Positions 1 through 21,200 are shown, numbered from the stretch's first letter. The stretch is 64,000 bases of DNA from the human T2T-CHM13v2.0 reference genome, Homo sapiens (GCF_009914755.1 NC_060943.1), one strand, 5' to 3'. Made by a program: numbers and translations. Notes: a model not told the origin generated them from the letters alone.

Positions 1-2478
<2,478 letters not shown>

Positions 2479-4459
2479 TTAAGTACAGACGGTATATAAT
2501 ACTGAAATGTGTAAATATCACAGAAAAAAAACAATACTTATTTTCAACTTCCCAAACGTGAGCTTCAAAGTTTAGGAACACAAAAGGAGTAAGATTCTTT
2601 AATAAATAAAGGGCGATTACATGTGCTTCAAATCATTTCTATGGAAGCCTATTTCCAATATCATGACAAAACACTGACAGGGCACAAACACGTGTGAGTC
2701 TAAAGAAAGGAGTGTTTTTCCACTGTGACCCTAAAGTGTGTCACACTGTGCAAAATACATATCACTGTCACATCAGAGAAAAATATATATTCTCCATATT
2801 TACAGCGTATTTAGGGTATACAAATAAATGCTAAAGAACCACACAATATACTATATTGGTAAATAATCCACAACAAGCTCTTGTAAGAATAACCAAAATT
2901 AGTGGAAATTCTCTATTGTCAAACAATCACAGCACTGACAAGATAACAGAAGATTACAAAAATTAGCCAGGTGTGGTGGCCAGCACCTGTACTCCCAGCT
3001 ACTCCAGAGGCTGCGTCACAAGTATTGCATTAAGCTAAAAGGCAAAGGTTGCAGTTAGCTAAGATTGCATCACTCCACTCCAGCCTTGGTGCAAAATGAG
3101 ACTCCATCTCAAAAAAAAAAAAAAAAAAAAAAAAAAAAGACATGGCATGGTGGCTTGTGACTCTAATCCCAGTAACTCCGGAGGCCGAGGAAGGTGGATC
3201 ACCTCAGGTCAGGAGTTCAACCAGCCTGGCCAATGTGGTGAAACCCCGTCGCTACTAAAGACACAAAAAGTAGCTGGTATGGTCACAGGCACCTGTAATC
3301 CCAGCTCCTTGGGAGGCTGAGGTATGATAATCGCTTGAACTCGGGAGGCAAAGATTGTGGTGAGTTGAGATTGTGTCACTTTGCTCCACCCTGGACAACA
3401 GAGTGAGACTCTGTCTCAAAAAAAAAAAAAAAAAAAAAGAAAATGTTAATACCATATTTTTCTGAATAACTGTTACAAAATTACCTATATCCATGTGGAA
3501 CAGTTATGTTGTGACTTTTTAAAAAATTTTTTGTATTTTTGTTTTTTTGAGATAGAGTCTCACTCTGTCACCCAGGCTGGAATGCGATGGCACGATCTTG
3601 GCTCACTGCAACCTCCACCTCCTGGGTTCATGCTAGTCTCTTGCCTTAGGTCCTGAGCACCTGGGATTACAGGCATGTGCCACCATGCCCAGCTAATTTT
3701 TGTATTTTTAGTAGAAATCAGGTTTCACCATGTTGGCCAGGCTGGTCTCGAACTCCTGACCTCAGGTGATCCACATGTCTTGGCCTCCAAAAGTCCTGGG
3801 ATTACAGGTGTGAGCCACTGCACCCTGTGGCACTTTCTGACATTAATGGGGGGAGTGTGTCCGTTATATTGCATACCACATACCGAACACTCATATATAA
3901 ATTCATAAAAATCAATTAATCAAATATTGCAACCCATGATAAAACAAGCAAGAAAATAATAAGTACATTTATACAGACTGAAGAATTCTAAACAATTCCC
4001 TCTTAAGAAAAAAGCCAAAACTTGTACTTATCACCAGCACACAGTGTAAGAACTGAAATAGATGTTAAGATCACTACCTTCTGATATATGAGGTCAAGAA
4101 AATACACAGCTTTACCAGGAACAAGAATTGACTAGCGGCCGGGTGCAGTGGCACATGCCTGTAATCCCAGCATTTTGGTAGGCTGAGGTGGGTGAATCAT
4201 GAAGTCAGGAGTTGAAGACCAGCCTGGACAACATGGCGACACACCATCTCTACTAAAACTACAAAAAAATCAGCCAGGCATGAAGGAAGACGCCTGTAAT
4301 CCCAGCTACTTGGGAATCTGAGGCAGGAAACATTTGAACCCAGGAGGCGGAGGTTGCAGTGAGACGAGATCATGCCACTGCACTCCAGCCTCAGTGACAG
4401 GATGAGACTTTGTCTCAAAGAAATAAAATAAGATAAATAACTACTTCTCAAATAAGCTT

Positions 4460-4750
4460 TGGTAGATGTGGTATTCTCTAAGAGGATGTCCCTGCAGATG
4501 CAGACATTGAGAGAATTTAGTCATGGGTGTTGACTACTCGTGAATAGGACTAGTGCATTTATAAAGGGACATTAAAGAGGTCCTTGCCTGTTCCTCTTTC
4601 CACCGTATTAGGACACAGCAGGAAGATGGCTGGGCTAAACCATGAAGAATGCTCTCACCAGGAAGCAATTTGGCTGGCACCTTGCTCTTGGATTTCCCAC
4701 TTCCCAAATTCATTAGAAATAAATTTCTGTCTCTTAAGCCTGCCAGTTTA
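4460..4750 (+). mobile_element. MaLR LTR remnant (MST/MLT1-like); paralogous copy at ~44160-44440
   Basis: Typical 'gctggcaccttgctcttggatttcc...agaaataaatttctg' 3' portion; subfamily uncertain. Confidence 0.6.
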
Positions 4751-4815
4751 AGCTACATCCTTTTTTGTTTGTTTTTGAGATGGAGTCACGCTCTATCACC
4801 CAGGATGCAGTGTAG

Positions 4816-5043
<228 letters not shown>

Positions 5044-5380
5044 TAGGCTTGTCTCTAACTCCTGACCTCAAGTGATCAACCTGTTGCAGCCTCCCAAAGT
5101 GCTGGGATTAGAGGGGTGAGCCACCGCGGCCAGCCAGTCTAAGCTATTTCTAGCAGGACAGTGAAATGACAGAGACAGGAACAGGAGCATCTCATCATCA
5201 ACATCACCAAGGGCTGACAAATCTTATTAAACAAAGGAAGTTAAGAGTCTGTACTGTAAAACTTGCAATACTTGAAGCCATCTACTAGCACTAACATGTT
5301 TTAAAAACCTTGAGACAGGCAAAGTGTGGTGGCTCATGCCAGTAATCCCAGCATTTTGGGAGGCTGAGGCGGGAGGATCA

Positions 5381-5969
<589 letters not shown>

Positions 5970-7351
5970 CTAACTAACTAAATAAATAAAGTTCTCCAGT
6001 AAAGGTAAATAAAAAAACAGTCTAGGTGTGGTCGTTCATTCCTGTAATCCCAGCACTTTGGGAGGATGAGTCAGGCAGATAACCTGAGGTTGGGAGTTCG
6101 AGATCAGCCTGGCCAACAAGGAAAAACCCTGTCTCTACTAAAACACAAAATTAGATGGCTGTGGTGGCGCATGCCTGTAATCCCAGCTACTCAGGAGGCT
6201 GAGGCAGGAGAATCAGTTGTACCCGAGACGCAGAGTTTGGAGTGAGCTGAGATCGCAGCATTGTACTTCAGCCTGGGTGACAAGAACAAAACTCTATCTC
6301 ATAAATACATAAGGTAATTAATTAATAAAAGGACAGATACAGAAACTGGCATATGTATACCTTTTCTTCATAACTAAACTTTTTTCATATTATTTGAAAT
6401 AAAAGGCATGAAAAACACTGTACATATATGTTAACGGAAATGCAACATACACAGAAATAATTCTGACATAAATAAAAAAATTCTAGTGGAGAAGAAGTAG
6501 TTTTTGCAGGTTATGGATTTTTATTTTTTTCTGTCTCCCAGGCTGGAGTGCGATGGTGTGTTATCAGCTCACCGCAACCTCTGCCTCCCGGATTCAAGTG
6601 ACTATCCTGCCTCAGCCTCCTGAGAAGCTGGGATTACAGCCACCCACCACCGCACCTGGCTAACTTTTGTAATTTTAGTAGAGTTGCAGTTTTCACATGT
6701 TAGCCAGGCTGGTTTTGAAATCCTGACCTCAGGTGATCTGCTCAACTCGGCCTCCGAAAGTGCTAGGATTACAGGTGTCAGCCACTGCACACGTTCAGGT
6801 TATGGAAATTTTAAGTTTTGTTATTATGCTATAACTTTAAGATGTTTAACATACCTGCAACAATAACCTCTGCCCAAATATCTGTACAACACATTTCACT
6901 TCTACGTACTGAAAGGAATGGACACTAATGTTGTTATATTCACACTGGAATCATGCTTAAACCACTTATATGTTTACAAAGAACTAAAAGACCAAACTAT
7001 TTAAAATAGTAACAATGGTTAGGCATGGCAGCTTACATCTGTAATCTCAGCACTTTGGGAATCCGAGGCAGGTGGATCACTTGAGATGAGGAGTTTGAGA
7101 CCAGCCTGACCAACATGGTGAAACCCCCCTCTACTAAAAACACAAAAATTAGCTGTGCATGGTGGTGTGCGCCTGCAGTTCCAGCTACTCAGGAATCTGG
7201 GGAACAAGAATCCTTTGAGCCCGGGAGGCGGAGGCTGCAGTTAGCCAAGATCATATCACTGCACTGTAGCCTGGGTGACAGAGTGAGACTCTGTCATAAA
7301 AAAAAGAAAGAAAGAAAGTAAGAGCAGAGAGATAAGTGGGTGCAAAGAAAG

Positions 7352-8340
7352 TGTGGGGAAAAGAGAGTTCAGATTGTTACTGTGTCTATGTAGAAAAGGA
7401 AGACATAAGAAACTCCATTTTGATCTATATTAAGAAAAATTGTTTCGCTTTGAGATGCTGTTAACCTGTAACTTTAGCCCCAACCCTGTGCTCACAGAAA
7501 CATGTGCTGTATTGAATCAAGGTTTAATGGATTTAGGGCTGTGCAGGGTGTGCCTTGTTAACAATATGTTTGCAGGCAGTATGCTTGGTAAAAGTCATGC
7601 CATTCTCCATTCTCAGTTAACCAGGGACACAATGCACTGCGGAAAGCCGCAGGGACCTCTGCCCTAGAAAGCCTGGGTATTGTCCAAGTTTCCCCCCACT
7701 GAGACAGCCTGAGATATGGCCTCATGGGAAAGGAAAGACCTTACATCCCCCCGCCTGACACCTGTAAAGAGCCTGTGCTGAGGAGGAGTAGTGAAAGAGG
7801 GAGGCCTCTTTGCAGTTGAGATAAAAGGAAGGCTTCTGTCTCCTGTTCATCCCTGGGAATGGAATGTCTCGGTGTAAAGCCGACCATTCCCATTCATTCT
7901 CTTCTGAGATAGGAGGAAAGCACCCCATGGCTGGAGGCGAGATATGCTGGCAGCAATACTGCTCTGTTACTCTTTCCTACACTGAGATGTTTGTGTGAAG
8001 AGAAACATAAATCTAGCCTACGTGCACATCCAGACACAGTACCTTTCCTTGAACTTATTCATGATACAAATTCCTTTGCTCACATGTTTCCCTGCTGACC
8101 TTCTCCCCACCTGTTGCCCTGCTACACTCCCCTTGCTAAGATAGTAAAAATAATGATCAATAAATACTGAGGGAACTCAAGAGACTGGCACCGATGCAGG
8201 TTCTCGCATGCTGAGTGTGCTAGCCCCATGGGCCCACTGTTCTTTCTCTAAACTTTGTCTCTGTGTCTTATTTCTTTTCTGAGTTTCTCATCCCACCTGA
8301 CGAGAAATACCCACAGGTATGGAGGGGCTGGCGCCCTTCA
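7352..8340 (+). mobile_element. HERV-K(HML-2) solo LTR (LTR5A/B-like), antisense in ZNF468 intron 3
   Basis: TGTGGGGAAAAG...CCCTTCA termini, 989 bp, GAAAG target-site duplication (7347-7351 / 8341-8345), AATAAA at 8159-8164. Confidence 0.92.
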
Positions 8341-9318
8341 GAAAGATGTCCATTCAGAGATGTGAAAAATTAAACTTTCCTTTTCCCACAGAATTCTCCC
8401 ACTTGCAGAGTTTCCTCACACACTATTTGAAGGTGGAACTTCCACTCTGCCCATCTGAGCTCTTACCTGCATTTACACCTGTAATACATTCCCACCCATC
8501 TGGATTTTTTTTGCTATTTTCACTTCACTCTCCACAGTCCAGGGCTTTTCCTTTGCTCCAATATGGAGATAACAGGTCAGAAAGAGACTCCTGCTTATAA
8601 AAAGCAAGGACCATAAAGTGCTGGAGCTTTCGTAGAGTCCCAGCCCTAGGTTTCAGTAGGAAAGAAGACATTACCAAAGGATCTAGGAAAACAGTTCACA
8701 AATTGCTCCACCTACTGCCTCCTTCTGAATGCTGAGGGAGCACTGTAATATGTAATATGTGGACATCAAGCTCTCTTCCAAGAATACTGAGTCAAAAGCA
8801 TAGGAGAAGCAAACAGGAAACTGGATATCTTTAAAGTCTGCCATAAGGTTTTGTTTTTGTTTTTTGAGACAGAGTCTTGCTCTGTCACCCAGGCTGGAGT
8901 GCAGCAGTGTGTTCTCCACTCACTGCAACCTTGGCCTCCTGGGTTTAAGTGATTCTCTTTACTCAGCCTCTCTAGGAGCTGGGATTACACGTACGTGCCA
9001 CCACACCCAGCTAATTTTTGTATTTTTAGTAGAGAAGGGGTTTCTCCATGTTGATCATGCTGGTCTCGAACTCCTCACCCATAGTGATCCACATGCCTTG
9101 GCCTCCCAAGGTACTGGGATGACAGGTGTGAGCCACCACGACCAGGCTGCCATAAGGTTTTATGCTTACTTTACTTCTGGAACCCCCACTGAGCTATCAT
9201 GAAGAATGCAGAACATCTAAACAAAGGGGACAGTGAAAGTCCAGATGCTACATCATGAAGCTTTTCATTTCAAAATCAATATGGCTTCCATTTTAGTCAA
9301 GGAACAATGGGGTTCCTA

Positions 9319-9528
<210 letters not shown>

Positions 9529-9828
9529 TTAACCAAATGGTTATGGGAGGAGATCTTATCTTTACAAAAAATGAGAGGAGGAGAGAGGGGAAAGCATGGA
9601 TTTAACTGTAGAGAATGTTCTGACAAATCCAAATAAGGGATTTCTCACTACATGATGTCTCCCCAGATGTATTTTATTACACTTTTTGAGTATTATCAAG
9701 ACATACTCTCAGTATAAATTTCTTATGTTTGTGAAAAATAACAGAAATAAACAAATAAAAAATCAATGTAGGGTTCCTGTTATAAAAATGTTTGAAACTT
9801 TTATAGACACACCAAGTGACATTCATTA

Positions 9829-10197
<369 letters not shown>

Positions 10198-10914
10198 TCA
10201 AAATAAAATAAAATAAATGAAAACAAAATTACTCAAAGTACAAAAATCAATCGTGTATATATATGTTCACAAAATAATAAAACCTACAGAGACTCACAAA
10301 ACACTAGATGTGAATACAAAGGGTTGTCATTTGTCCCAGATTTTCAAAATACAAAAGATTTTCAAAATATATACATATGTGTATATATGTATTTATATGT
10401 ATATGTGTGTGCATGTGTGTGGGGATGTGTATGTACATATATAAAGTTTTTAAAAATATAAAAAGTAGCAAGTTTTGTTTAATGAAAGAGGAATCTCATC
10501 TTGCTGGAAAAGGATACTTTGGCAGTTGTGGGCAGGGGGAATCTTGTCAGATCTAAGAATATGGAAATGCCCCATCCTAGAAGCAGTAATCACCCTTTCA
10601 ACTGCCTGACCTGGAGGAATCTTCAGATATCTGTAGTAATGCGGGTGTGCACAGAGGCAGCCACTATGGCACTCTTTATACAGGGAAAAATCGCAAAGGA
10701 CCCACGTGTTGTCATTCAGCCAATTTCCAATGCAGATGTCAAAAAGCAAGCTAGCCATGTTCACTAACATGACAACATGTAAATTCACAATTAGCAAAAT
10801 CAAATATCAAAGTAAAATATTTACTGGGACACAAAGAAGAAAACAACAGACACTGCAGTCTACTTGAGGGTGGAGCGGGGAGGAAGGAGAGGAGCACAAA
10901 AAATAACTATTATG

Positions 10915-11607
<693 letters not shown>

Positions 11608-12994
11608 TCACGCCTGTACTTTCAACACTTTAGGAGGCTGAGGTGGGCATATCACGAGGTTAGGAAATGGAAACCATCTTGGCTAAAAAGGTGAAACCCT
11701 GTCGCTACTGAAAATACCAAAAAATTATTCAGGTGTGGTGGCACTCGCCTGTATTCCCAGCTACTCAGGAGCCTGAGGCAGGAAAACTGCTTGAACTGGG
11801 AAGGCAGAGGTTGCAGTGAGCCAAGAACACCACTGAACTCCAGCCTGGGCTGCAGAGCAAGATTTCGCTCAAAAAATAAAAATTAAAATTAATCAGGCAT
11901 GGTGGCACCCACCTGTGGTCCCTGCTACCTCAGAGGCAGAGGTCAGGATGGCTTCTTGAGCCTGAGGGTGGAGGTTGCAGTGCGCTAAGATCACGCCACT
12001 GCACTCCAGCCTGGGCAACAGAGTGAGACCTTCTCTCAAAATGAAATAAAATATATGAAAACAGAATTACTCAAAGTACAAAAATCTGTTTTGTATATAT
12101 ATGCCCAAAAAATAATAAAACCTACACAGACTCACAAGAAATTAGATGTTAAGAAAAAGGGTTGTCATTTTCCCCAGATTTTCAAAATATATGTGTTTGT
12201 ATATATGCATGTATATGTATAGATGTGTGTGTATGTATGTATGTATATATTTATTTATATATAAAGGTTTTAAAAATACAAAAGTAGCAAGATTTGTTTA
12301 ACTGAAGAGGAATCTCGCCTTGGGGGAAAGGATACTTTGGCAGTGGGAGGAAAGAGAGGAGCAGAAAAAATAACTATCGGGCCCGGGCACAGTGGCTCAC
12401 ACTTGTAATCTCAGCACTTTGGGAGGCTGAGGCAGGTGGATCACCTGAGGACAGGAATTCAACACCAGCCTGGCCAACATGGTGAAACTCTGTCTTTACT
12501 AAAAATACAAAAATTAGCCAGGCATGGTGGCTGGCACCTGTAATCCCAGCTACTTGAGAGTCTGAGGCAGGAGACTCACTTGAACCCAGGAGGCAGAGGT
12601 TTCAGTGAGCCGAGATCATGCCATTATACTCCAACCTGGGCAACAAGAGCAAAACTCAGTCTCAAAAAAATAAATTTTTACAAAAATAACAGCCAGGCAT
12701 GGTGGCTCACGCCTGTAATCTCAACACTTTTGGAGGTTGAGGCAGGTGGATCACGAGGTCAGGCATTCAATACCAACCTGGCCAAGGTGGTGAAACACCG
12801 TCTCTAGTAAAAATACAAAAAAAATTAGCTGGGCATGGTGGCGGGTGCCTGCAATCCCAGCTATTCAGGAGGCTGAGGCAGAGAAATGCTTGAACCCAAG
12901 AGGCGGATGTTGCAGTGAGCCGAGATCACACCACTGCACTCCAGCCTGGGTGACAGAGTGAGACTCCATCTCAAAAAAAATAAATAAAGCAAAT

Positions 12995-13130
12995 AAAACA
13001 AAAATAACTATTGGGTACTGGACTTGATACCGGAGTGATGAAATAATTGGTACAACAAACTCCAATGACGTGAGTTTACCTCTGTAACAAGCCTTCACAC
13101 ATAGCCCCAAAAGTAAAGTAAAAAAATATA
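12995..13130 (+). mobile_element. Old L1 3' end fragment
   Basis: 'aaataactattgggtact...gatgaaataat...tacaacaaac' L1 3' UTR signature followed by an A-rich tail. Confidence 0.6.
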
Positions 13131-13133
13131 TAA

Positions 13134-13388
<255 letters not shown>

Positions 13389-13824
13389 TGATCCACCCAC
13401 CTCAGCCTCCCAAAGTGCTGGGATTACAGGTGTGAGCCACCGCGCGTGGCCCAGAATTTTTTTTAAAGTCTCATAACGATGCAGAAATACACGTGTACGA
13501 GACTTGCTCTGACAGCTAACACAGAACTGACAGGAGTGGCTCCCCAGTGAGGCTGGAAGGAGGGTGGAGGATGTGACAGGGAAAGGAGATGTCTTATGGC
13601 CAAGGGTCTAAGCTGCAGCTTTGCTTGGAGTTTTACCACAAAACAAATATATATATCATGTGATGGTGAAATATAACCATTTATATTTAATAATAACTGG
13701 TGGGGCTGGGCATGATGGCTTGCGCTTGTAATCCCAACACACTGGGGGGCCGAGGCGGGCAGACCACCTGAGGTTAGGAGGTTGAGGCCAGCCTGGCCAG
13801 CATGCTGAAACGCTGTTTCTACTA

Positions 13825-14025
<201 letters not shown>

Positions 14026-14554
14026 TCATGTCTATGTATGAACTTTCCATTCTAATTAGTAAGATTTTTGGAGTCAGAAACACAGTAACTCACTCCATTA
14101 CCTAAAAATGTGGTATAAAATCAGGGAGAAAAGATTTTCCCTTATTGGTCTCCTTTTCTAGAACTTACCACGTACTTCGTGCATATTAATACGTGACTCC
14201 CATTGGCAGCTGCTCTAATCCTGGTCCACAGTGAGCTGACAGTGCATCCAGATGTGGCCCCTGAACAATCCCTGCTGCCCAAGAGCACTGACACCACAGG
14301 ACCCTCACCCCGTGTCCATCCATGTCGGGGTGTGAGCCCTTCCCAGGACCTGCCCAGTGCAGCCTCTTCCCAAGTTCATGACACTGGGTCACGAGAGACG
14401 GAACCTAAGCGAGATGAGAGGGACTGAAGGAAGGCATAAGTGAGGGTGAGCAAACATGTCAGGCAGGTCATTCAGACCCAGACATTCCCAACTCCAAGGC
14501 CCAGGGTATCTGAAAGGAAGGAGACAGAACAATCCACCGAGGATATCATCTCAC

Positions 14555-14569
14555 CTGAGGAAGAGCCAT
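14555..14569 (-). CDS. ZNF468: ZNF468 start-codon exon, coding part MALPQ (whole exon 14555-14642)
   Basis: ATGGCTCTTCCTCAG|gtgaga; acceptor acattcag| at 14643/14642; in frame with the KRAB exon. Confidence 0.92.
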
Positions 14570-17249
14570 CCCTGACTCCTTTGCTTTCCTCTTCCTCTTC
14601 TGGGTTTCTTTCTCACGTACCAACAGTCTTTAGAAGTCAATCCTGAATGTTAAAAATATGTTGTTTATCACTCAGAATCAACACACCCCCTCCCTTAACA
14701 CAATGACACAAACATAGGAGACCTCACCCTGGGAAATACGGTCCCCTCTGCTGCCCACTGCACAATGAACAAAAAATTCCTACAGGAAAACTCCCACTCT
14801 CCTCCTGGAGAAGCCCACACACACGCTGCAGCAGTGGGGAGCTGGGCTGGGATGAGCTCCCCTTCAGGAAATCTCTACCAAAAATACAAAAACTTAGCCA
14901 GGTATGGTGGTACGCATCTGTGTGTCTGTGGTCCCAGCTACTTAGGAAGCTGATGTGGAAGCATCATTTGAGCTCAAAAGTTTGAGACTAGCCTGGCCAA
15001 CATGGTGAAAGCCTGTCTCTACTAAAAATACAAAAATTGGGCCGGGCACATTGGCTCATGCCTGTAATACTAGCACTCTGAAAGGCCAAGGTGGGTGGAT
15101 TACTTGAGGTCAGGAGTTCAAGAGCAGCCTGGCCAACATGGTGACACCCTGTCTCTACTAAAAATACAAAAAGTAGCCGAGATTGGTGGGTATCTCTAAT
15201 CCCAGCTACTCGGGAGGCTGAGGTAGGAGAACTGCTTGAACCTGCGCGACCCGAGATCGCGCCACTGCACTCCTGCCTGGGTGACAGAGTAAGACTCAAA
15301 AATAAAATAAAATACAAATACAAATACAAAATTAGCAGGGTGTGGTGGCACACACCTGTAATCTTAGCTACTTGGGAGGCTGAGGCACAAGAATTGCTTG
15401 AACCCAGGAGATACAGGTTGCAGTGAGCCAAGATCACAAGACTGCACTCACAGCCCGGAGGACAGAGTGAGAGTCTGTTTGAAAAAAAAAAAAAAAAGTG
15501 CATTTCTGATGGGATTGACACAGAGATAAGAAGACTTGAGTAATGCCATAGACACTGATGGGCAGAGGGAACTTCAGATGGGGGTGGGAGGGCATGGGAG
15601 ACAGCTCTGAGCCTAGACCTGAAGGAGAAAGGGACAGTGCCATCTTCATTTAGAAACATTGAATAAGAGCAGGGACAACAACCTGAGACAGGAAGGATTT
15701 TGATGTTTGAAAAAAGAGAAAAGCAAATGTGACTGGGGCAGAGGGAGTCAGATGAGGGTAAGCTCCCAGGAGGAGGCTGGACACTGGCAGGGACCCTGAA
15801 CACAGGGCCGTGGAGCCAAAGTGAAGAGTCGGGCTTTTGTCCTGGGGAACACGGGAAGCAGGTGGAGGGTTCCCTGCCAGGCACTGACATGACCTGCTTT
15901 AGATGTAGCTGTGATATTCTAATACAGACAAAGGCCTCCGAAGATCCTCTCTGTTTCTGAGTCTACCGCTCTGTTTCTTCCATTCTTCTGCTTTTTTTTT
16001 TTCATTTTTGGGGTACTGCATCCCACTGAAAATTCTAATTACAACTGGGCACTCTCCTCTACCAGAAAAAAAGCCACACCCAGACACCGCCTCTATTTTG
16101 CCAATCATTTCAGGGGTCAGGATCACTCAGGTTGAGCTTTTCTGGTCTAGCCCTTCGTCGCAAAGACGCAGGGAGGTTCACTGGGGCTCAGAGCTGGAAA
16201 CATTTTCACGAAGTTACCCTGAGAAGGTCTGAGATGAGTGAGAAGGTGTGCCTGAATTCTTACATGGGGGCCTGGAAGGGCTAATGGGATGGGTTGGTCT
16301 TATCATCCCATTCTTAAAATTAGAGAAGCATTTTTCACATGCCTGGGTTAAAGAAAATTCTTTTGAAAGGTTCTGATGAAATTGACTCCCAACATTGAAT
16401 TCTTCCTTACAAGAAAATCACACTAACATTTATAAAATGCAGCAGTGTAAACACACAGCTCTTGACCTTGAAAACAGGGAAACAGGGTCAGCTGTAGAAC
16501 CAAGACATAAGCAAATTATTTCAATCAAGAAATACATGGGTGGACAGCTGAGGTGGTTCACACCTGTAATTCCAGCACTTTGGGAGGTGGAGGTGGGTGG
16601 ATTACCTGAGGTCAGGAGTTTGAGACCAACCTGGCCAACATGGTGAAACCCTATCTCTACTAGAAATACAAAAATTAGCTGGGCTCCATCCTTGCAACTT
16701 ATTTAACCTCTTGTTGGTCCTTCTCCCCAATCTTTAGATCGTCCTCAATCTCCATAGATTTCTGCCTCTTCTCCCATCTATGCGCCTCCTCTGCTCTCCC
16801 TGTTAAATTCTCTCTTCTCTGTTATAACCCCCTGGACCCAATCTGGCACCCCAGATCCCCAGGTGTCCTCCCCGCTGTGCTTCTCCCTCTGTTCTCCTTG
16901 CCACCAGCACCACTCTGCTCTGTCTGACCCGGCTCCACATCCCTCCTCCTCTCCCTCTGATGAGCCTCCACATTTCTGCCCCTCTCCCTACCTTGCTGTC
17001 TGTCCTTCATCTCTCTGTACATCTAGCTTTTCTCTACATTTCTCCAGTTGCTTTTCTCCTCCTGCTTTCTTATCTTTTATCACTTTTGCTGTCTCTTGGC
17101 AAATCCCTCACCCATCCTCTACTTTGCCATCTGTTATGGGTCTTTCTCATTCTTCTTTTCTCTGTCTCAGGTTTTCTACTGCTCTCTCAGTCCCTCTCTC
17201 TGTCTCCTGATCCCTTTGGCCCACACAATCACAAGAGGGTTTGGAGTAA

Positions 17250-18130
17250 GACGCCTGCATCTCGGAGAAGCGCATTTTCCAAGTGCTGGAGCTGGGCAGG
17301 CAAGAACACCCCGCGTCACAGGACAAGCCCCAGGCACCTCTCCAACGCGGGCTCAGGGGAAGCGGTGACTGCGGAGGGGAGATCTGGGGAGCAGCAGGGC
17401 CCAGCAAGAGGAGGAGGGAGGTGGGGAGCGACGACGCCTTCGGACAAGGGTGGGATCCGCAGGATCCCAGGACCACAGAACGCAGCCTTCCCGGGACTGG
17501 GGTCGCCGCGCTGTGCTCCAGGAACCCAGGAGAGTAAGGCTGGGAGGCGCACAGGGTGGGAATACACCTATAGGGTGAGGACTTTAAAAAGAGCCGTGCG
17601 GAAGGAGTCAAAAAACGGTTTTGAGCAGGAAAACTACGCGATAGGAAACGTATACATTGCCCTATGGCAGAAAGACCCGGGACGGGACCAGCCTCAGGGC
17701 GACTTTAAACCTAAAAAGAAGGGGCTTCCGGACTCCCAGTAGAACATCTCCATTTGCTCTGAGTGAAGGAAGAAAGGCGAGAACTTCCAGGTCTATGGGG
17801 ACCCCACATCCCATGTACAGAAGTGCCGGGGACCTGGGAAGCTCAGACTTAACACCACACAGAGCAAAACTCACCGCCCGCCGCGGCGTGACCGTCATTC
17901 CACGGGATCCGCTTCCTGGTCTGCGCGAATCTGCGCGCGCAGGACAGAAACCAGGCCTGGGTGGAGCCAACGAGGAGGCGAGCGGGGCCCGGGTGAGGTG
18001 TGGGCGGGGCGCGAAGCGGCGAGACCTTGCCCTTTAGAACCTGCAGAGGGCGGGGCCGGAGCGGGACCTGTGCATCTCTCAGCCTCCTCCCAACCCGTTC
18101 TCCGGGTTTTGGCGGCGAGAGCCCCCAGGA
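17250..18130 (-). promoter_or_regulatory. ZNF468: ZNF468 CpG-island promoter and non-coding exon 1 (~17925 to donor at 17875)
   Basis: CpG-rich; donor GGGCG|gtgagt at 17875/17874; ETS-like CAGGAAGCGG (~17889-17900 region); TGCGCGCGCA palindrome at 17932-17941; GC boxes near 18002 and 18048. TSS position is an estimate. Confidence 0.8.
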
Positions 18131-18568
18131 AGGCAGACGGATAATTCAAAAGCCCTGGAATAGTCTGGAAGGAGGATGCAAACTAGAATGTAAAATGCAA
18201 AGCCCTTTCTGGGCGGAACGTAGGATTTCATGCTGATGGCCCACAGGACAGTATAGAAATCTTCTCCCTTTCTATTCTCCATTCACTCAGGAGGGAGAGT
18301 CCACCCAGTGCTCAGCTTCAGAGACATCCCTAGGGCCACAGCCTGGGATGCGGGACTGAGTGCTCAGGCCAGGGAGGAGTGAGGTCACCACCTGCTGCTT
18401 AAACACAGCAGGGATGCGGGCGTGGGAGCCTGAGGTCCCAGCTACTCAGGAAGCAGCGGCGGGAGGATCGCTCAGCCTGGGGGTCCAGGACAGCCTGCGC
18501 GACAATGTAACATTCCCTCCCGCAGTCTCTCTCTCTTTTTTTTAAATTTTTAAAATAAAATTTTTATT

Positions 18569-18870
18569 AGGCCGGGCACGGTGACTCACGCCTGTAATCC
18601 CAGCACTTTGGGAGGCTGAGGCGGGCGGATCACGAGGTCAGGAGATCGCGACCATCCTGGCTTACACGATGAAACCCCGTCTCCACTAAAAATACAAAAA
18701 TTAGCCGGGCGTGGTGGCGGGCGCCTGTAGTCCCAGCTACTCAGGAGGCTGAGGCAGGAGAATGCGGTGAACATGGGAGGTGGAGCTTGCAGTGGGCCGA
18801 GACCGAGCCACTGCACTCCAGCCTGGGCGACAGAGCCAGACTCCCTCTCTAAAAATAAATAAACAAACTA
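18569..18870 (+). mobile_element. AluY-like element upstream of the ZNF468 promoter
   Basis: Full-length Alu, CpG-rich, A-tail. Confidence 0.85.
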
Positions 18871-19070
18871 AATTTGCTTGTGTGAGATAGGAATACAACA
18901 TTACTCTTCTCCATATGGATATCCAGTTAGTTGTCCCAGCACATTTGTAAAAGAGATCTGTTACTTTCTCCTTTTTATTTACATTTTTTCTTTTTCTTCT
19001 TCTTCTTCTTTTTTTTTTTTTTTTTGAGACTGAGTATTTCTCTGTCGCCCAGGCTGGAGTACAATGGTGA

Positions 19071-21200
<2,130 letters not shown>

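Noticed and set aside
14988-15890. 300-aa ORF and the many 60-200-aa ORFs with [13 protein letters not shown] / [12 protein letters not shown]
   Set aside because: Translations of antisense Alu sequence.
16863-17742. Long overlapping ORFs near the promoters (also 53326-53976 and 57600-58590)
   Set aside because: Stop-poor CT-rich and GC-rich DNA; frames are not preserved between the paralogs.
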